Assembly: GCA_964016885.1 (NCBI GenBank)
Contig: OZ024756.1
Span: 19,840,001 to 19,904,000, forward strand
Source of the DNA: Eledone cirrhosa
Taxonomy: Eukaryota
Length of the DNA: 64,000 nucleotides
Direction: 5' to 3'
Positions 13,123-25,836 of the stretch are shown here, in pieces. Both the position numbers and the translations under genes were made by a program. The notes beneath the pieces are model-generated. The model saw only the letters and a program-made list of their open reading frames with translations, was not told the origin of the DNA and made no database searches. Within the stretch, counting starts at the first letter, position 1; every line of letters begins with the position of its first letter.

Positions 13123-13977
13123 TTCATCAACATTACCGTTGAGGGTAGACGGCCCTCGTGTTACCTCTGCGGAACCAGAGGTCACCTGAGGGCTGTCTGT
13201 CCCCAACTTAATAAGAAAACCCCAATCCTGCCTACACCACCAACAACTGCACAACCAACACAATCACCACAACTACCACTACAAAAACAACCACCACAGT
13301 TCAAACCAAAACAAAACAATGTCCAACCCATCCCCTCCACTCAAAAAACAAAAACAATTTCCAAAACACCCGTACCGCAAACACAACCCGAAAATATACC
13401 CCTCCCCTCCAACGCGGAAGATGACCCTAGTTCGTCGTCAGACGAGGAGGAGCACTTCCACACAATCAAAAGAAAAAAAAGAAAACACACCTCAGACACA
13501 CAAATGAAAAAAACCCCTCCCCAAAACATAACACTGACACCAACACAAAAGAGCTCACAACAGCAAACAAAAAACACCACACAAAAACAAAAACATGCAT
13601 ACACATACATAAATACAAGAAACAAAAAACTGTTAAACATTGTGTACAACAACAATCTAATAAAAACACAAGGGCCTAACTTCACCCAGGCAGGGGATTT
13701 CCCCCACCTCAAAATGATTAAGGCCCCACAGGACACCTATAAAACTTTAAAAAACAATTTTAAAGAGGACGTGGGTCCCCCCTGCGTCGGGCCCATTAAC
13801 CGCGTCCTCCTAAAAAACTATCCCACCCCCTCCCCAAACACCCACACAACTCCAAGCTCCCCAACCACACAACACACTGATGCCCCCACACTTCCACAAA
13901 CCACCACCCCACCCAACAACCCATCCCCCACCCTAATGGAAATTGTGCAGCCCGATACCCGGGACGCAGAGAGGTAA
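13123..13977 (+). CDS. LINE ORF1 (gag-like), 5'-truncated; CCHC zinc knuckle
   Basis: The open frame from 13123 reads [29 protein letters not shown]... (C-X2-C-X4-H-X4-C) and continues in frame into ORF 13504-13977. Confidence 0.8.
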   Translation, partial: FINITVEGRRPSCYLCGTRGHLRAVCPQLNKKTPILPTPPTTAQPTQSPQLPLQKQPPQFKPKQNNVQPIPSTQKTKTISKTPVPQTQPENIPLPSNAEDDPSSSSDEEEHFHTIKRKKRKHTSDTQMKKTPPQNITLTPTQKSSQQQTKNTTQKQKHAYTYINTRNKKLLNIVYNNNLIKTQGPNFTQAGDFPHLKMIKAPQDTYKTLKNNFKEDVGPPCVGPINRVLLKNYPTPSPNTHTTPSSPTTQHTDAPTLPQTTTPPNNPSPTLMEIVQPDTRDAER

Positions 13978-14001
13978 GTGCCTTTTCTCTTCACCACCAA
14001 C

Positions 14002-17000
14002 ATGGCTATGCTAAGAGTAGGCTGTTTAAATGCGCGTGGCCTGGGCTCAACTTGGAAGCAAGCAATGCTTCTAAATGACCTCAGGTCACAACGTATAGAT
14101 GTGATGGTTATTTGCGAGGCCCGGATCAGCAACGTGCGACAGCTGGCCCCCACCTTTGATGACTTTGAGATGCACGCATCTCTCTGTCAGCCCGGAGGTG
14201 GGGGTGGAGTTGTCGTTCTGCTGCAAAAACATCTGGGTCTCGCAACACAGATGGTACATTTGGACCCGGAGGGTCGACTAGTGGTTCTGGACCTTGGCAG
14301 TGGTAAAGGCGGAGCGTTTAGGTTGGTAGCCGCCTACGGCCCTTTCGGGTCAATGCGGCCGGACTTCTTCCATCGTCTGGAGACTTTTCTGGGGACGTCC
14401 CGCTCCTTGCTATTAGTGGGGGACTGGAATGGTATCCTAGATGCACGCTGGGACTACGTAGGGGCCTGCCCCGATAGAGAGGGGTGTAATAGCCTCAAAG
14501 GGTTAATCGGTCGATTTGACCTGGCCGATAGATATCGACTAGATTTTCCGACTGCGCCAACCTGGACTTGGGCAAATCGTAGCGGATCATCTAGGTCGTA
14601 CCTAGATAGGTTCTTAGTTAGAATTAAGGATAAGGACTTTTTAAGTTGTCCAAAAATGCGCATGGTTGGCTATTCAGACCACAAATTAGTGACCTGCATG
14701 GTCAACCTTGACAGAACTCATAGACAGGGCCCCGGTTACTGGAAGCTCAACTTGTCCTTGCCGGCAAGTAGAGCCTACAGGAATCGGATTAGTACGTTAG
14801 TTAAGGAACGGTTGACTGGAGCGATCGTCAACAGCAGGTGGTGGGTATCTCTAAAGAGAGAGATTAGAGTAGTCTCGATAGAATTTAGTAAGGTTCTAGC
14901 TGCGGATAGGAATAGGAAGGAAAGGGAGCTAATAGATAGAGTAGAAGAGGCAATTAGAAGCGGCGACGTGGCCAGAGTGCTAGCGTCGAGAACGGCTTTG
15001 AGCCAGTTTTTCGACGCGAAGCACGAAGGCTGCGTTGTCCGAAGTAAAATACGTGCTCTAGGGAACGAGGGGACCAAAGCTGTTAGCTGGGCCCGCGTGA
15101 CAGAGGCCAACAGTGGAACTAAATCCACCATCCGGTCTTTGCGAGACCTGGATGGACGGGCGATTCTTGAGCCTAAGCAGATGTGTGAGGCCTTTCAAAG
15201 GCACTTTGCCCGACTGTTCGGGAGGGGCGGGGAGCCGGTTGGGGACGTGGACTTCGGTCCATACCTCGACGGCCTGCCGCGCCTCTCGGACAGGGAGGCG
15301 AAGTCCTGCGAGGAGCCGATTTCGGCCGCTGAGATAGAGGACGTGCTGAGCCAATGCGGCAAACGCAAATCCCCGGGTCTCGATGGTCTTCCTTACGAAT
15401 TATATCTAGCTATGCCGGACTTGTTCCCCGATCTCCTCGAGGCGGTCTACTGCAACTGGCAACAGAATGGGAGAATTCCCTGTACTGTGACCAAGGGCGT
15501 AGTCACGCTAGTGAGGAAGGACGAGAACAAGGGGGACGAAATAAGTAACTTCAGGCCCATAACTCTGCTAAATACAGAGTTACAGATTTTGGCCAAGGTG
15601 CTAGCAAAGAGGTTGGCGCTTGTCGTGGGCAACCTGGTGGGAGATGCGCAGACATGCGCTATCCCGTCCAGGTCCATCCATGACAACCTCCACCTCATGC
15701 GATACATCATAGAGAGGGTTGGGAACGAACCCGGCTTTGGTGGGGCTCTGATCAACTTGGATCAATCTAAGGCGTTCGATAGGGTCGACCATGGTTACCT
15801 GGATGCGGTGCTAGCGGCGGCAGGCTTCGGACCCGTTTTCAGGGGCTGGATCACTGCTATGCACAGCAGCCGCATCTGCTCTAGGGTCAAGGTGAACGGC
15901 TACCTCTCGGAGCCGTTCAAAATCGCGCGGTCCATCCGACAGGGGTGCCCTCTCTCCTCCCTTCTGTATGTGTTGACTCTCGAGCCACTACTGCGGAAGT
16001 TGGAGTTGTTGCAGGGCATCCCTTTGGAACCGGGATTGCGGAAAGCGGTGTCGGCCTACGCCGATGACGTGACAGTAATGGTGTCGACGGCCTCCGAAAT
16101 CGAGGCGGTCGGCACCTTACTGGAGGAGTACGAAAAGTTCACAGGGGCTAAGCTGAACCGGGACAAGTCGATCGGTTTGCAACTCGGCACGTGGAGGGGC
16201 AGACCGATGCCCTCCGATGGCGTCGTCGGACGCTGGACGGAGGGCCCGGTGAAGTTGCTCGGGGTCTGGTTCGGACCGGACCTCCAGGTGGAGAAAAACT
16301 GGGCGGAGGTTACGAACAGGGTGTTTGCACTGACCCAGAAGTGGGCCAGTTGCAAACTATCCCTGAAAGGTCGGGCGGAGGTGGCGAACACCTACATAGC
16401 GTCCGTCATCTACTACCGCCTGACCGTAGTGCCCTGCCCAAGGGAAACCCTCACCAAGATGGAGCGCGCGCTCTTCCAATTCCTTTGGAAGAGGCGGGCT
16501 CCTATGGTGAGGAGATCCATCTGCTGTCAACACCCTTCGAAAGGAGGGCTGGGGATGCCGTGGCTAATGATGCGTAAACACGCATTAAGGCTACGGCACC
16601 TCTACGTATTCCTCACCGGACAACCGGTGTGGGCCTCGTTTGTGAGGCGAACCTTTCCCAGACTCGTCTCACTCACCGAGCTGCAATCCTGGGTCAAGCA
16701 AAGACCGAGAAAACTGGGCGCCTGGCACACTGAGTGTGCCCAGGCGCTCACCGCCCTCTGGCAGGCGGATCCGGTTATCAGTGGAGACTCCACCGCAACA
16801 TTCTATAGAGGGCTGGTACGCAGCAGGTGCGACGACGCCCTCGGAGAAGCCCTAGACATGGAGGAGGACGAACTGGCCAGCCTGTTCGGTAGGACATTCA
16901 GCCCGGGACCTATGGACAACTTCCAGAAGTCCCTGGCCTGGCAGTGCTACCGAGGGGCTTTACCCGTTCGAGAAAGGCTCTACAGACACGGGCGCCCGGG

Positions 17001-17439
17001 TAGGGACCCCGCCAAAAAGATCTGTCCCAGATGCGTGTGCGACGAGGAAACCGTTGCACACGCATTGGTACACTGCTCGGGCGTAGCCGATCTGTGGGGC
17101 TATGTCGAACAACTGCTGTCAAGGGTGGAACCGATCCGGTTGACCACCGAGTCTATTGTAATGATCAAGCCGCCTCCCCCCTTCAAAGATGAAGCAGAGG
17201 CGGTGTTTCTGTGCGTAATAGCCATGGCGAAAGAGGTTGTATGGTGGACGCGTCTGAAAGGACTGAGGTCAGGCACCTTTCTCTCTGGCCAACAACTGGT
17301 CCGTTTCTTCCGATATCATTTCGGAAGAAGGATCAGGATGGAGAGAGAGGTGCTGCACCCCAGCCGTTTCTATGAAAGATGGGTGAAAGTGGCGAGAATG
17401 GCCCGTGTGAATGGGCCTTCACTCTACATCAGACTATAG
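14002..17439 (+). CDS. LINE ORF2: APE endonuclease + reverse transcriptase + C-terminal zinc-binding domain
   Basis: APE motifs (LNARGL, GDWN, YLDRF, YSDH), RT motifs (KSPGLDG, FRPITLLN, LDQSKAFDRV, RQGCPLS, YADD) and a C-terminal CPRC...ETVAHALVHC. No stops; first ATG at 14002. Confidence 0.95.
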   Translation: MAMLRVGCLNARGLGSTWKQAMLLNDLRSQRIDVMVICEARISNVRQLAPTFDDFEMHASLCQPGGGGGVVVLLQKHLGLATQMVHLDPEGRLVVLDLGSGKGGAFRLVAAYGPFGSMRPDFFHRLETFLGTSRSLLLVGDWNGILDARWDYVGACPDREGCNSLKGLIGRFDLADRYRLDFPTAPTWTWANRSGSSRSYLDRFLVRIKDKDFLSCPKMRMVGYSDHKLVTCMVNLDRTHRQGPGYWKLNLSLPASRAYRNRISTLVKERLTGAIVNSRWWVSLKREIRVVSIEFSKVLAADRNRKERELIDRVEEAIRSGDVARVLASRTALSQFFDAKHEGCVVRSKIRALGNEGTKAVSWARVTEANSGTKSTIRSLRDLDGRAILEPKQMCEAFQRHFARLFGRGGEPVGDVDFGPYLDGLPRLSDREAKSCEEPISAAEIEDVLSQCGKRKSPGLDGLPYELYLAMPDLFPDLLEAVYCNWQQNGRIPCTVTKGVVTLVRKDENKGDEISNFRPITLLNTELQILAKVLAKRLALVVGNLVGDAQTCAIPSRSIHDNLHLMRYIIERVGNEPGFGGALINLDQSKAFDRVDHGYLDAVLAAAGFGPVFRGWITAMHSSRICSRVKVNGYLSEPFKIARSIRQGCPLSSLLYVLTLEPLLRKLELLQGIPLEPGLRKAVSAYADDVTVMVSTASEIEAVGTLLEEYEKFTGAKLNRDKSIGLQLGTWRGRPMPSDGVVGRWTEGPVKLLGVWFGPDLQVEKNWAEVTNRVFALTQKWASCKLSLKGRAEVANTYIASVIYYRLTVVPCPRETLTKMERALFQFLWKRRAPMVRRSICCQHPSKGGLGMPWLMMRKHALRLRHLYVFLTGQPVWASFVRRTFPRLVSLTELQSWVKQRPRKLGAWHTECAQALTALWQADPVISGDSTATFYRGLVRSRCDDALGEALDMEEDELASLFGRTFSPGPMDNFQKSLAWQCYRGALPVRERLYRHGRPGRDPAKKICPRCVCDEETVAHALVHCSGVADLWGYVEQLLSRVEPIRLTTESIVMIKPPPPFKDEAEAVFLCVIAMAKEVVWWTRLKGLRSGTFLSGQQLVRFFRYHFGRRIRMEREVLHPSRFYERWVKVARMARVNGPSLYIRL

Positions 17440-17701
17440 GTGAGGAAGATGAAAGACCAAGGGAGCACCCCTTCTCTGTGCTCCTGAGGAGAAGGGTTGC
17501 ACACTTTTTTCGGGGGTGTGTGCGACCCCCCAAGGCGCCTCCTCTCTATTGAGGATTTTGTTAAAAATTTTATTTTTTGTTATATCTTATTTTATTTTTA
17601 TATTTTGTTATTGCCTCCTCCTTATTGAGGACGCCTTTTTGTGTAAACTCCCCCCTTTGTACTTGTCCCACTTTTGATGCCCTAGTGGCAAATAAAAGAA
17701 A

Positions 17702-17806
17702 TATATCTACCTACCTCACTACCTACCTCCCTCCCTACCTACCTACCTACCTACCTACCTACCTACCTACCTACCTACCTACCTACCTCCCAACCTACCT
17801 ACCTAA
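17702..17806. repeat. (CCTA)n downstream of the LINE
   Basis: Direct inspection of the sequence. Confidence 0.95.
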
Positions 17807-17907
17807 CAGTCTATCCATCCATCTAACTTTCTTTCCTTCTTTCACATTACTCTCATTGCTTCGTATTTTTTTCGTTTCGTTTCATTTAAAAGCCTAGCAC
17901 AGTTGGA

Positions 17908-18569
17908 TACTATCACCATCAACACCACCACCACCACCACCACCACCACCACTACCACCACCACCACCACCACCACCACCACCACCACCACCACCACCAC
18001 CACCACCACCACCACCACCACCACCACCACCACCACCACTATCACCATCAACACCACCACCACCACCACCACTATCACCATCAACACCACCACCACCACC
18101 ACCACTATCACCATCAACACCGCCACCACCACCACCACCATCACCACTATCACCATCAACACCACCACCACCACCACCACTATCACCATCAACACCACCA
18201 CCACCACCACCACTATCACCATCAACACCACCACCACTATCACCATCAACACCACCACCACTATCACCATCAACACCACCACCACCACCACTATCACCAT
18301 CAACACCACCACCACCACCACTATCACCATCAACACCACCACCACCACCACCACCACCACCAACACCGCCACCACCACCACTATCACCATCAACACCGCC
18401 ACCACCACCACTATCACCATCAACACCACCACCACCACCACTATCACCATCAACACCACCACCACCACCACTATCAACACCACCACCACCACCACTATCA
18501 CCATCAACACCACCACCACCACCACCACCACTATCACCAACCATACATAGAGTACACACACATACACCC

Positions 18570-18615
<46 letters not shown>

Positions 18616-18616
18616 G

Positions 18617-18663
<47 letters not shown>

Positions 18664-20130
18664 CCGTCTAACCCATGCTAGCGTGGAAGAACGGACGTAA
18701 AACGGTGATGATGATATATATATATATAGATATATATATACATACACGCATGTATACAAACACACATAAGTACAAACGTACAGACAAATAGATGTATACA
18801 ACTGAACACGTGTTGACATCTGCACACACATACGCACACCTCTGCATACATATGCACACATCTGCACACATATACGCACACATACGCACACCTCTGCATA
18901 CATATGCACACACCTGCATACATATGCACTCACAGGCATACACATGCACACATCTTCACACATCAGCACACATTTGCACATTTTCAAACATATGCACGCC
19001 CCTGCACATATCTGCACGTATATGCACGCACCGGTGCATATCTACACACATCAGAACACATCAGAGCACATTTTCACACATCTCCTCGCACCTGCACATA
19101 TCTGCACATATATGCATGCATATCTACACACATCAGCACACATTTGCACATTTTCACACATCTGCAAGCATCTGTACACACATCTGTACACACATCTGCA
19201 CACGCATCTGTAGACACGCTGGTGGAGTGTGGATCGCATTAGATGTAGTAACATTAGTGGCATGCATCGTCGTTTGTGCACTTTGTGCATTTCAGCAGTT
19301 CCAGTGAAAACACCAGAGGGCTGCCGGCCGAATTGAAACTACGATCACTGAACTGCACCACATCCTTAACACACGTCACATCCGGAATTACCAAGAGACC
19401 AGCGGAAGTGAAGCAAAGTGAGTTTTACCACCATCATCATCACCAGCATCACCATCACCACCACCACCATCACCACCACCATCACCACTATCACCATCAT
19501 TACAATCACCACCACCACCACCATCACCACCATCACCACCATCACCACAATCACCACCATCACCACAATCACCACCATCACAACAATCACCACCATCATC
19601 ACCATCACCACCATCACCACCATCACCACCATCACCATCACCACCATCACCACCACCATCCATCACCACAATCACCACCATCACCACCATCACCACCATC
19701 ACCATCACCACCACCACCATCACCACCATTACCATCATCACCACCATCCATCACCACAATCACCACCATCACAACCATCACCACCATCACCACCACCATC
19801 ACCACCACCATCATCACCATCACCACCATCACCACCATCACCACCATCACCATCACCACCACCACCACCATCACCACCATTACCATCATCACCACCATCC
19901 ATCACCACAATCACCACCATCACAACCATCACCACCATCACCACCACCATCACCACCACCATCATCACCATTACCACCATCACCACCATCACCATCATCA
20001 CCATCACCACCATCACCACCATCACCACCACCATCACCACCACCATCACAACCATCACCACCATCACCACCACCATCACCACCATCACCATCACCACCAT
20101 CACCACCATCACCATCATCACCATCATCAA
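17908..20130. repeat. (CCA)n/(CCATCA)n and CA-rich low-complexity tracts
   Basis: Direct inspection of the sequence. Confidence 0.9.
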
Positions 20131-21001
20131 CCTCAGCATTGTTCAAATCCCGTCAAGGTCAACTTTGCCTTTCATCCTTACGGGGCCGATAAAATAAAGT
20201 ACCAGTAATGCACTTGGGTCGATTTAATCGAGTCCCTACTTCCCCCAAATTGCTGGCCTTGTGCCCAGAGTAGAAACAACGGCCATTTACGTTCTGAGTT
20301 CAAATTCCGCTGAGGTGAGGGTCGACAAAATAAAGCACCAGTAATGCACTGGGGTCGATTTAATCGACTTTCCCCTCCCCTTAAAATTGCTGGCCTTGTG
20401 CCTATAATAGGAATCATTCTTATCATTATTGACTTTCTAGGCGGTGTCCAAATTCCCCCCATCACCAAGACTGCCAGAATCCTATGCCGAATCTCTGAGT
20501 TCTGGGACTGATCTGAAGTCAATCGACACGCTTCACCTAGCAACAGAATGCTACAGAAAGTTTACAAAAGATAAAGAAAATTCTCGTTGTTGTTGTTATG
20601 GCGACCTGTCCTTGTTTTGATCCTTGAAGGTAAGTAAGAAAGTTTGTTTTGATTTTCGTTATTATTTTACTTTTGTTTTACTTTCTTGTGTTCGTGTTCT
20701 GCTGCAGCTACTACTACTACTGCTACTACTACTACAACAACAACAACAACAACAACTACCACCACCACTACTACCACCACAACCTCAACGACTATTTGTT
20801 GTTCTTCTATCTGCTTCCTCTTTCTTGCTGGTTTTAGTTTGTTTACTTCATCTTAAGAATCTTGCAAAACAAATACACAAAATTATTGAAGTTAATAAAC
20901 TAAGCCGAGGTTGACTTTGCCTTTCATCCTTACGGGGTCGATAAAATAAAGTACCAGTAATGTACTGGGTAATTGCTGGCCTTGTGCCTAAAGTAGAAAC
21001 A

Positions 21002-21680
21002 GTTATTTCAAAACTGGAAATATCGTTGAGAAAAAATTAAAGAAATATTTATCTAGAAGTGATACAAATGTCTTGGACGTTATTTTGGCAATGGATTGTC
21101 GCGTTATTTACCGTCACTTTTGAAAATATTTGAAGTTATTGAACTAACGTTATTTCAAAACTGGAAGTATCGTTGTTGAGAAGTTAAAGAAAGATTTATC
21201 TAGAAGTGATACAAATGTCTTGGACGTTATTTTGGCAATGGATTGTCGCATTATTTACCGTCACTTTTGAAAATATTTGAAGTTATTGAACTAACGTTAT
21301 TTCAAAACTGGAAGTATCGTTGTTGAGAAGTTAAAGAAAGATTTATCTAGAAGTGATACAAATGTCTTGGACGTTATTTTGGCAATGGATTGTCGCATTA
21401 TTTACCGTCACTTTTGAAAATATTTGAAGTTATTGAACTAACGTTATTTCAAAACTGGAAGTATCGTTGTTGAGAAGTTAAAGAAATATTTATCTAGAAG
21501 TGATACAAATGTCTTGGACGTTATTTTGGCAATGGATTGTCGCATTATTTACCGTCACTTTTGAAAATATTTGAAGTTATTGAACTAACGTTATTTCAAA
21601 ACTGGAAGTATCGTTGTTGAGAAGTTAAAGAAAGATTTATCTAGAAGTGATACAAATGTCTTGGACGATATTTTGGTAAT
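21002..21680. repeat. 147-bp tandem repeat (~4.6 copies), with ~1.4 further copies at 22113-22318
   Basis: Unit starts GTTATTTCAAAACTGG at 21002, 21149, 21296, 21443 and 21590. Confidence 0.9.
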
Positions 21681-21739
21681 AGATTTTATGAAATTTAGCA
21701 ACAACAGCAACATCAACAACAACAGCAATATGGGAAATA

Positions 21740-21943
21740 AATAATTTTCTATATAGATAATGAACACAACCACAAGGATATGGTCCGAACGTGGAAGAGC
21801 CGAACTCCTACTGTCATCGCCTCCATCTCTCTCGCCTTCCCCATCTCTCCGTATGGTGTGCAAATGGGGTCCCACGTGCTGGCCTCCCCACAGACCCGGT
21901 GGACAGAATAGAGAAGGCGTTGCCCCGGAAAATGCTAAGGGAT
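21740..21943 (-). mobile_element. Short 3' fragment of a CRE-like LINE
   Basis: AAATGGGGTCCCACGTGCTG...GGACAGAATAGAGAAGGCGTTGCCCCGGAAAATGCTAAGGGA resembles 34890-34980. Confidence 0.7.
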
Positions 21944-22689
21944 GTAGCGTTATTTACTGTCACTTTGAAAATTATTTAAGTTAATGAACCCTTTATGGTT
22001 TAAGTTCAAATCCCGCCGAGGTTAACTTTGCCTTTCATCCTCACGGGGTTGATAAAATAAAGTACCAGTAATGCACTGAGATAATTGCTGGCCTTGTGCC
22101 AAAAGTAGAAACAGTTATTTCAAAACTGGAAGTATCGTTGTTAAGAAGAAGTTAAAGAAATATTTATCTAGAAGTGATACAAATGTCTTGGACGTTATTT
22201 TGGCAATGGATTGTCGCGTTATTTACTGTCACTTTGAAAATATTTGAAGTTATTGAACTAACGTTATTTCAAAACTGGAAGTATCGTTGTTGAGAAGTTA
22301 AAGAAAGATTTATCTTAGAAAGCACTAGAAATGCATTGGGATCGATTTAATCGACCTTTCCCCCCTTTCAAATTGCTGGCCTTATTCCTAAAGTAGAAAC
22401 AATTATTGGGGTATATTTAATTGACTTTTAGCGCCCCCCCCCACATACACACACACACACATACACACACACAGATACATAAAAGAAAAGACTGAACTTT
22501 TGCTTAAATTAGAAATGATTTATTGTAGTAAATAAATATTTTTGGTTTTGTTGTCAAGAATTAAAAAGAAAATTTTTTAGGAAAACACGTCGCGTTGGGC
22601 TCGTCCCAATGAACGACCGAGGATATTTAGGAGGATACAGGACGTCACACTATCTATGACATTCTCCTTGAAAAAGATGTGCATGCCCG

Positions 22690-22896
22690 TGTACGCTGCA
22701 AGCAGCGGTGCTTATCTTGGACAGGACGCCAGTCCATCGCAGGGTTAAACCCCCAGCTATTGCTGGTACTTATTTTCAGCTGAATATACTGGAGCAGCGT
22801 GAAATGAAGTGTTTTGCTCAAGAACACAACCCAGCCCAGGAATCGAACCCACGACATAACGGTCGTATGTCCAGCACCCTAACCCACTAGGCCACG
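22690..22896 (-). mobile_element. tRNA-derived CORE-like SINE
   Basis: Minus strand has GTGGCCTAGTGGGTTAG A box, GGTTCGATTCC B box and GTGTTCTTGAGCAAAACACTTCATTTCAC. Confidence 0.8.
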
Positions 22897-23177
22897 GGAC
22901 TTTCCGAAAAAGATGTACTCCTATAACAAAATTACAGCTACCTTAGTACAGAACTTGGAACATACATGCTGTAGTTGCATCTCCGTCGGTGTTGAAGACG
23001 AGTGTCTCAGTTGTTCGAAAGACAGAACATCCTAATCGTGAAATTAACCTAGTATTGTTCCCAGTCCATAATACGTTTTAATCCCCGTCTCAATTTTCAA
23101 CAATTACACAAACTCCCAGTATCAATCATCTGATTATGATCGGAGTTCAAACCGATAGAAACGTGGTTTCGGTATAA

Positions 23178-23527
23178 TCATCATCATCATCATCCTCATC
23201 ATCATCATTTTACGTCCGCTTTTCCCTGCTTGCAAGGGTGGGACGGGTCCTATTCAGCACAGCATCTCTTCACTTGTCATGGTCCTTCGTCATCTCCTCT
23301 GTGAGCTTCAGCGATCTGAGGTCCGCTCTCACCACCTCCGCCCATGTTTTTCGTGGTCTTCCTCAACTACGCCTACCTTCTACTGGGATTTCTTCGCACT
23401 TCTCTACCCAGCGGTCATCCTCCATGCACATCACATGTCCATACCATCGCAGTCTTCTCTCCCGCACACTACAACTTATCCCTCTTATACACAATTTCTC
23501 TCTCAACTCATCCATGCTTTGACACGT
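23178..23527 (-). mobile_element. RTE-clade LINE 3' fragment with (ATG)n tail
   Basis: Minus translation ELREKL...RERRLRWYGHVM...GRPRKTWAEVVRADL, with in-frame stops. Confidence 0.85.
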
Positions 23528-23626
23528 AGACCATTTAAAGAAGTATTAACATTGCCAGAACATTATTCAACAGAACACTCGGTACTTGGGATAGTTGACT
23601 GTGAATGTGTATATACACACATTCAC

Positions 23627-23705
<79 letters not shown>

Positions 23706-23884
23706 CGAAGGAAGTGTGGTAAGGAACCAGGTGGATCATAACGCATCAGAGTACTCGATACTTACGGTAGTAGAGTGGGTAAAAGAGTCAGGACCCCGAC
23801 GGCTGAGCTCCGGCCGTTTCGACAGCTAGTTCAGATCTAGCTGTTGAAACGACCGGAGCTCAGCGGTCGGGGTCCTGACTCTTT

Positions 23885-23943
<59 letters not shown>

Positions 23944-24021
23944 GAAAATAAAACAAAGAAGCCTTCAATACATCAAAAGTCTTTATTAGCCAACAATGTT
24001 TCGTCCTATTATATGTTTAAT

Positions 24022-24089
<68 letters not shown>

Positions 24090-24097
<8 letters not shown>

Positions 24098-24194
24098 TAA
24101 CAGATTAAAGTTTAAGCAAAGAATCGCTGCTTTCACCCTTAACGGGATCTTAAGGGTGAAAGCAGTGATTCTTTGCTTAAACTTTAATCTGTTA

Positions 24195-24203
<9 letters not shown>
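24090..24203. repeat. Near-perfect hairpin in (TA)n; one arm recurs at 26655-26712
   Basis: ATTAAAATAACAGATTAAAG...CCCTTAA / TTAAGGG...CTTTAATCTGTTATTTTAAT. Confidence 0.85.
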
Positions 24204-24259
<56 letters not shown>

Positions 24260-24294
24260 TACTAGGGAGAGGATCAGGGGTGTATAATACTCCA

Positions 24295-24347
<53 letters not shown>

Positions 24348-24504
24348 CATCAATTGTTCGTTTCACATTTGAAAAGAGCGTTATAGCCCTGAAATATCAA
24401 GTCGAAATATAAATTTGTTTTGTTTTATTATATTTATCATCATGTAAAGTGGTCGTGTAGGAGACACGGTAAAAAGGCTCCCCGGTCCTCCACACTGTAA
24501 ATGT

Positions 24505-24682
24505 GGCTGGTGTTAGGAAGGGCATCCAACCGTAGAAAAACCTGCCAGAAACAGTTCTGTACGTGCGAGACACGGTCTTCCGACCAATCTTGCATCAAGT
24601 GGGACAAAACCGTCCAACCCATGCCAGCGTGGAAGATGGACGTTAAATGATGATGATGCCGATGATGATGGTGGTGATGATG
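24505..24682 (+). mobile_element. SINE 3' half with RTE-type tail ending (GAT)n
   Basis: GGTGTTAGGAAGGGCATCC...CCCATGCCAGCGTGGAAGATGGACGTTAAATGATGATG. The tail is also seen at ~18668-18714 and ~37141. Confidence 0.6.
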
Positions 24683-25455
24683 TGATCCTTTGCCCTTTAT
24701 ATATTTCTAACACATTGTAACGTCTTTCTGAAACTTACTAGTCAGTTACTGAAACGTTGTTCGTATCTAAAGATGTTGTTGTCTCCACCGACCAAATAAC
24801 TAAAAATTATTGTCTTAATATTTGGGACAATATGTCCGATGTGACTTTAGAATTCTTTGACAAGTGACATTTTCAATTGTATTGTTTCCTCAACAATTCT
24901 CATTACCAGATGTTATAGTCTACTGGATTACTGAGTTATTAAATCAGATCCACAAACAACAACAAGAACATCATCATCAATAATAATTGTTTCTACTTTA
25001 GGCACAAGGCCAGTAATTTGTGGGGAGGGGAAAGTCGATTAAATCGACCCCAGTTCATTATTGCCACTTTATTATTTAATCGACCCCGTAATGATGAAAG
25101 GCAAAGCTATCCTCGGCGGGATTTTAACTCAGAACGTAAAGGACCAGAACTCTATGCTGCAAAGCATGGTGTCTGACGGTCTACCGATACTGCCAATTCA
25201 TTAGTGATGGTTTCTTATATAGGCACAAGGCCAGCAATTTTGTGGAGGGAGGGGGAAGTCGATTAAATCGACTCCAATACGTGACTGGTACTTTATTTTA
25301 TCGACCCCCGTAAGGATGAAAGGCAAAGTTAACCTCGGCAGGATTTGAACTCAGATCATAAAGGTCCGTAACTCTATGCTGCAAAGCATGGCGTCCGACC
25401 CTCTACCGATACTGCCAATCCACCGCCCTTGCCAATTCATTAATAATAATAATAA

Positions 25456-25836
25456 TTTCAGGATACAAAATTAGAACACAATAGGCCTGACCTGATCTTG
25501 TTTAATTTTAAATGTAACTTGCCCCTTTGACACATGATTGCAAGAAAAGGAGAAAGAGAAAATTAACCGGTACCAGGATCTAAAATGGGAACTGAAAAGG
25601 ATTAGGGACTGTCATCAGATCAAGGTCATCCCTATCGTCATAGAAGCACTAGGTACTATCTCGAATACTTTCTAAGGCTGGGTAAAGAACATTAGCCTAG
25701 TCTCCTTTATTTTAGAACAGCAAAGCCCTCCGATACATCCTGAATATCTGAGGCTTCAGGTAGCAGCTTGATGTTCATTTGGGCGAACTTTCCGGTTAAA
25801 TAACATCAATGAATGAGATATCAAATCCATAATAAT
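25456..25836 (+). mobile_element. R4/Dong-like non-LTR retrotransposon 3' remnant (restriction-like endonuclease), degenerate
   Basis: Translates with frameshifts as LEHNRPDLIL...CPFD...EKEKINRYQDLKWELKR...KVIPIVIEALGTI, a PD-(D/E)xK RLE domain. Flanked by (TAA)n. Confidence 0.75.

Larger units (their letters stand above)
13121..17701 (+). mobile_element. Tx1/L1-clade non-LTR retrotransposon, 5'-truncated within ORF1, inserted in (CCTA)n
   Basis: Partial ORF1 with a zinc knuckle, intact ORF2, and a T-rich 3' UTR ending in AATAAAAGAAA. (CCTA)n flanks both sides. Confidence 0.92.
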
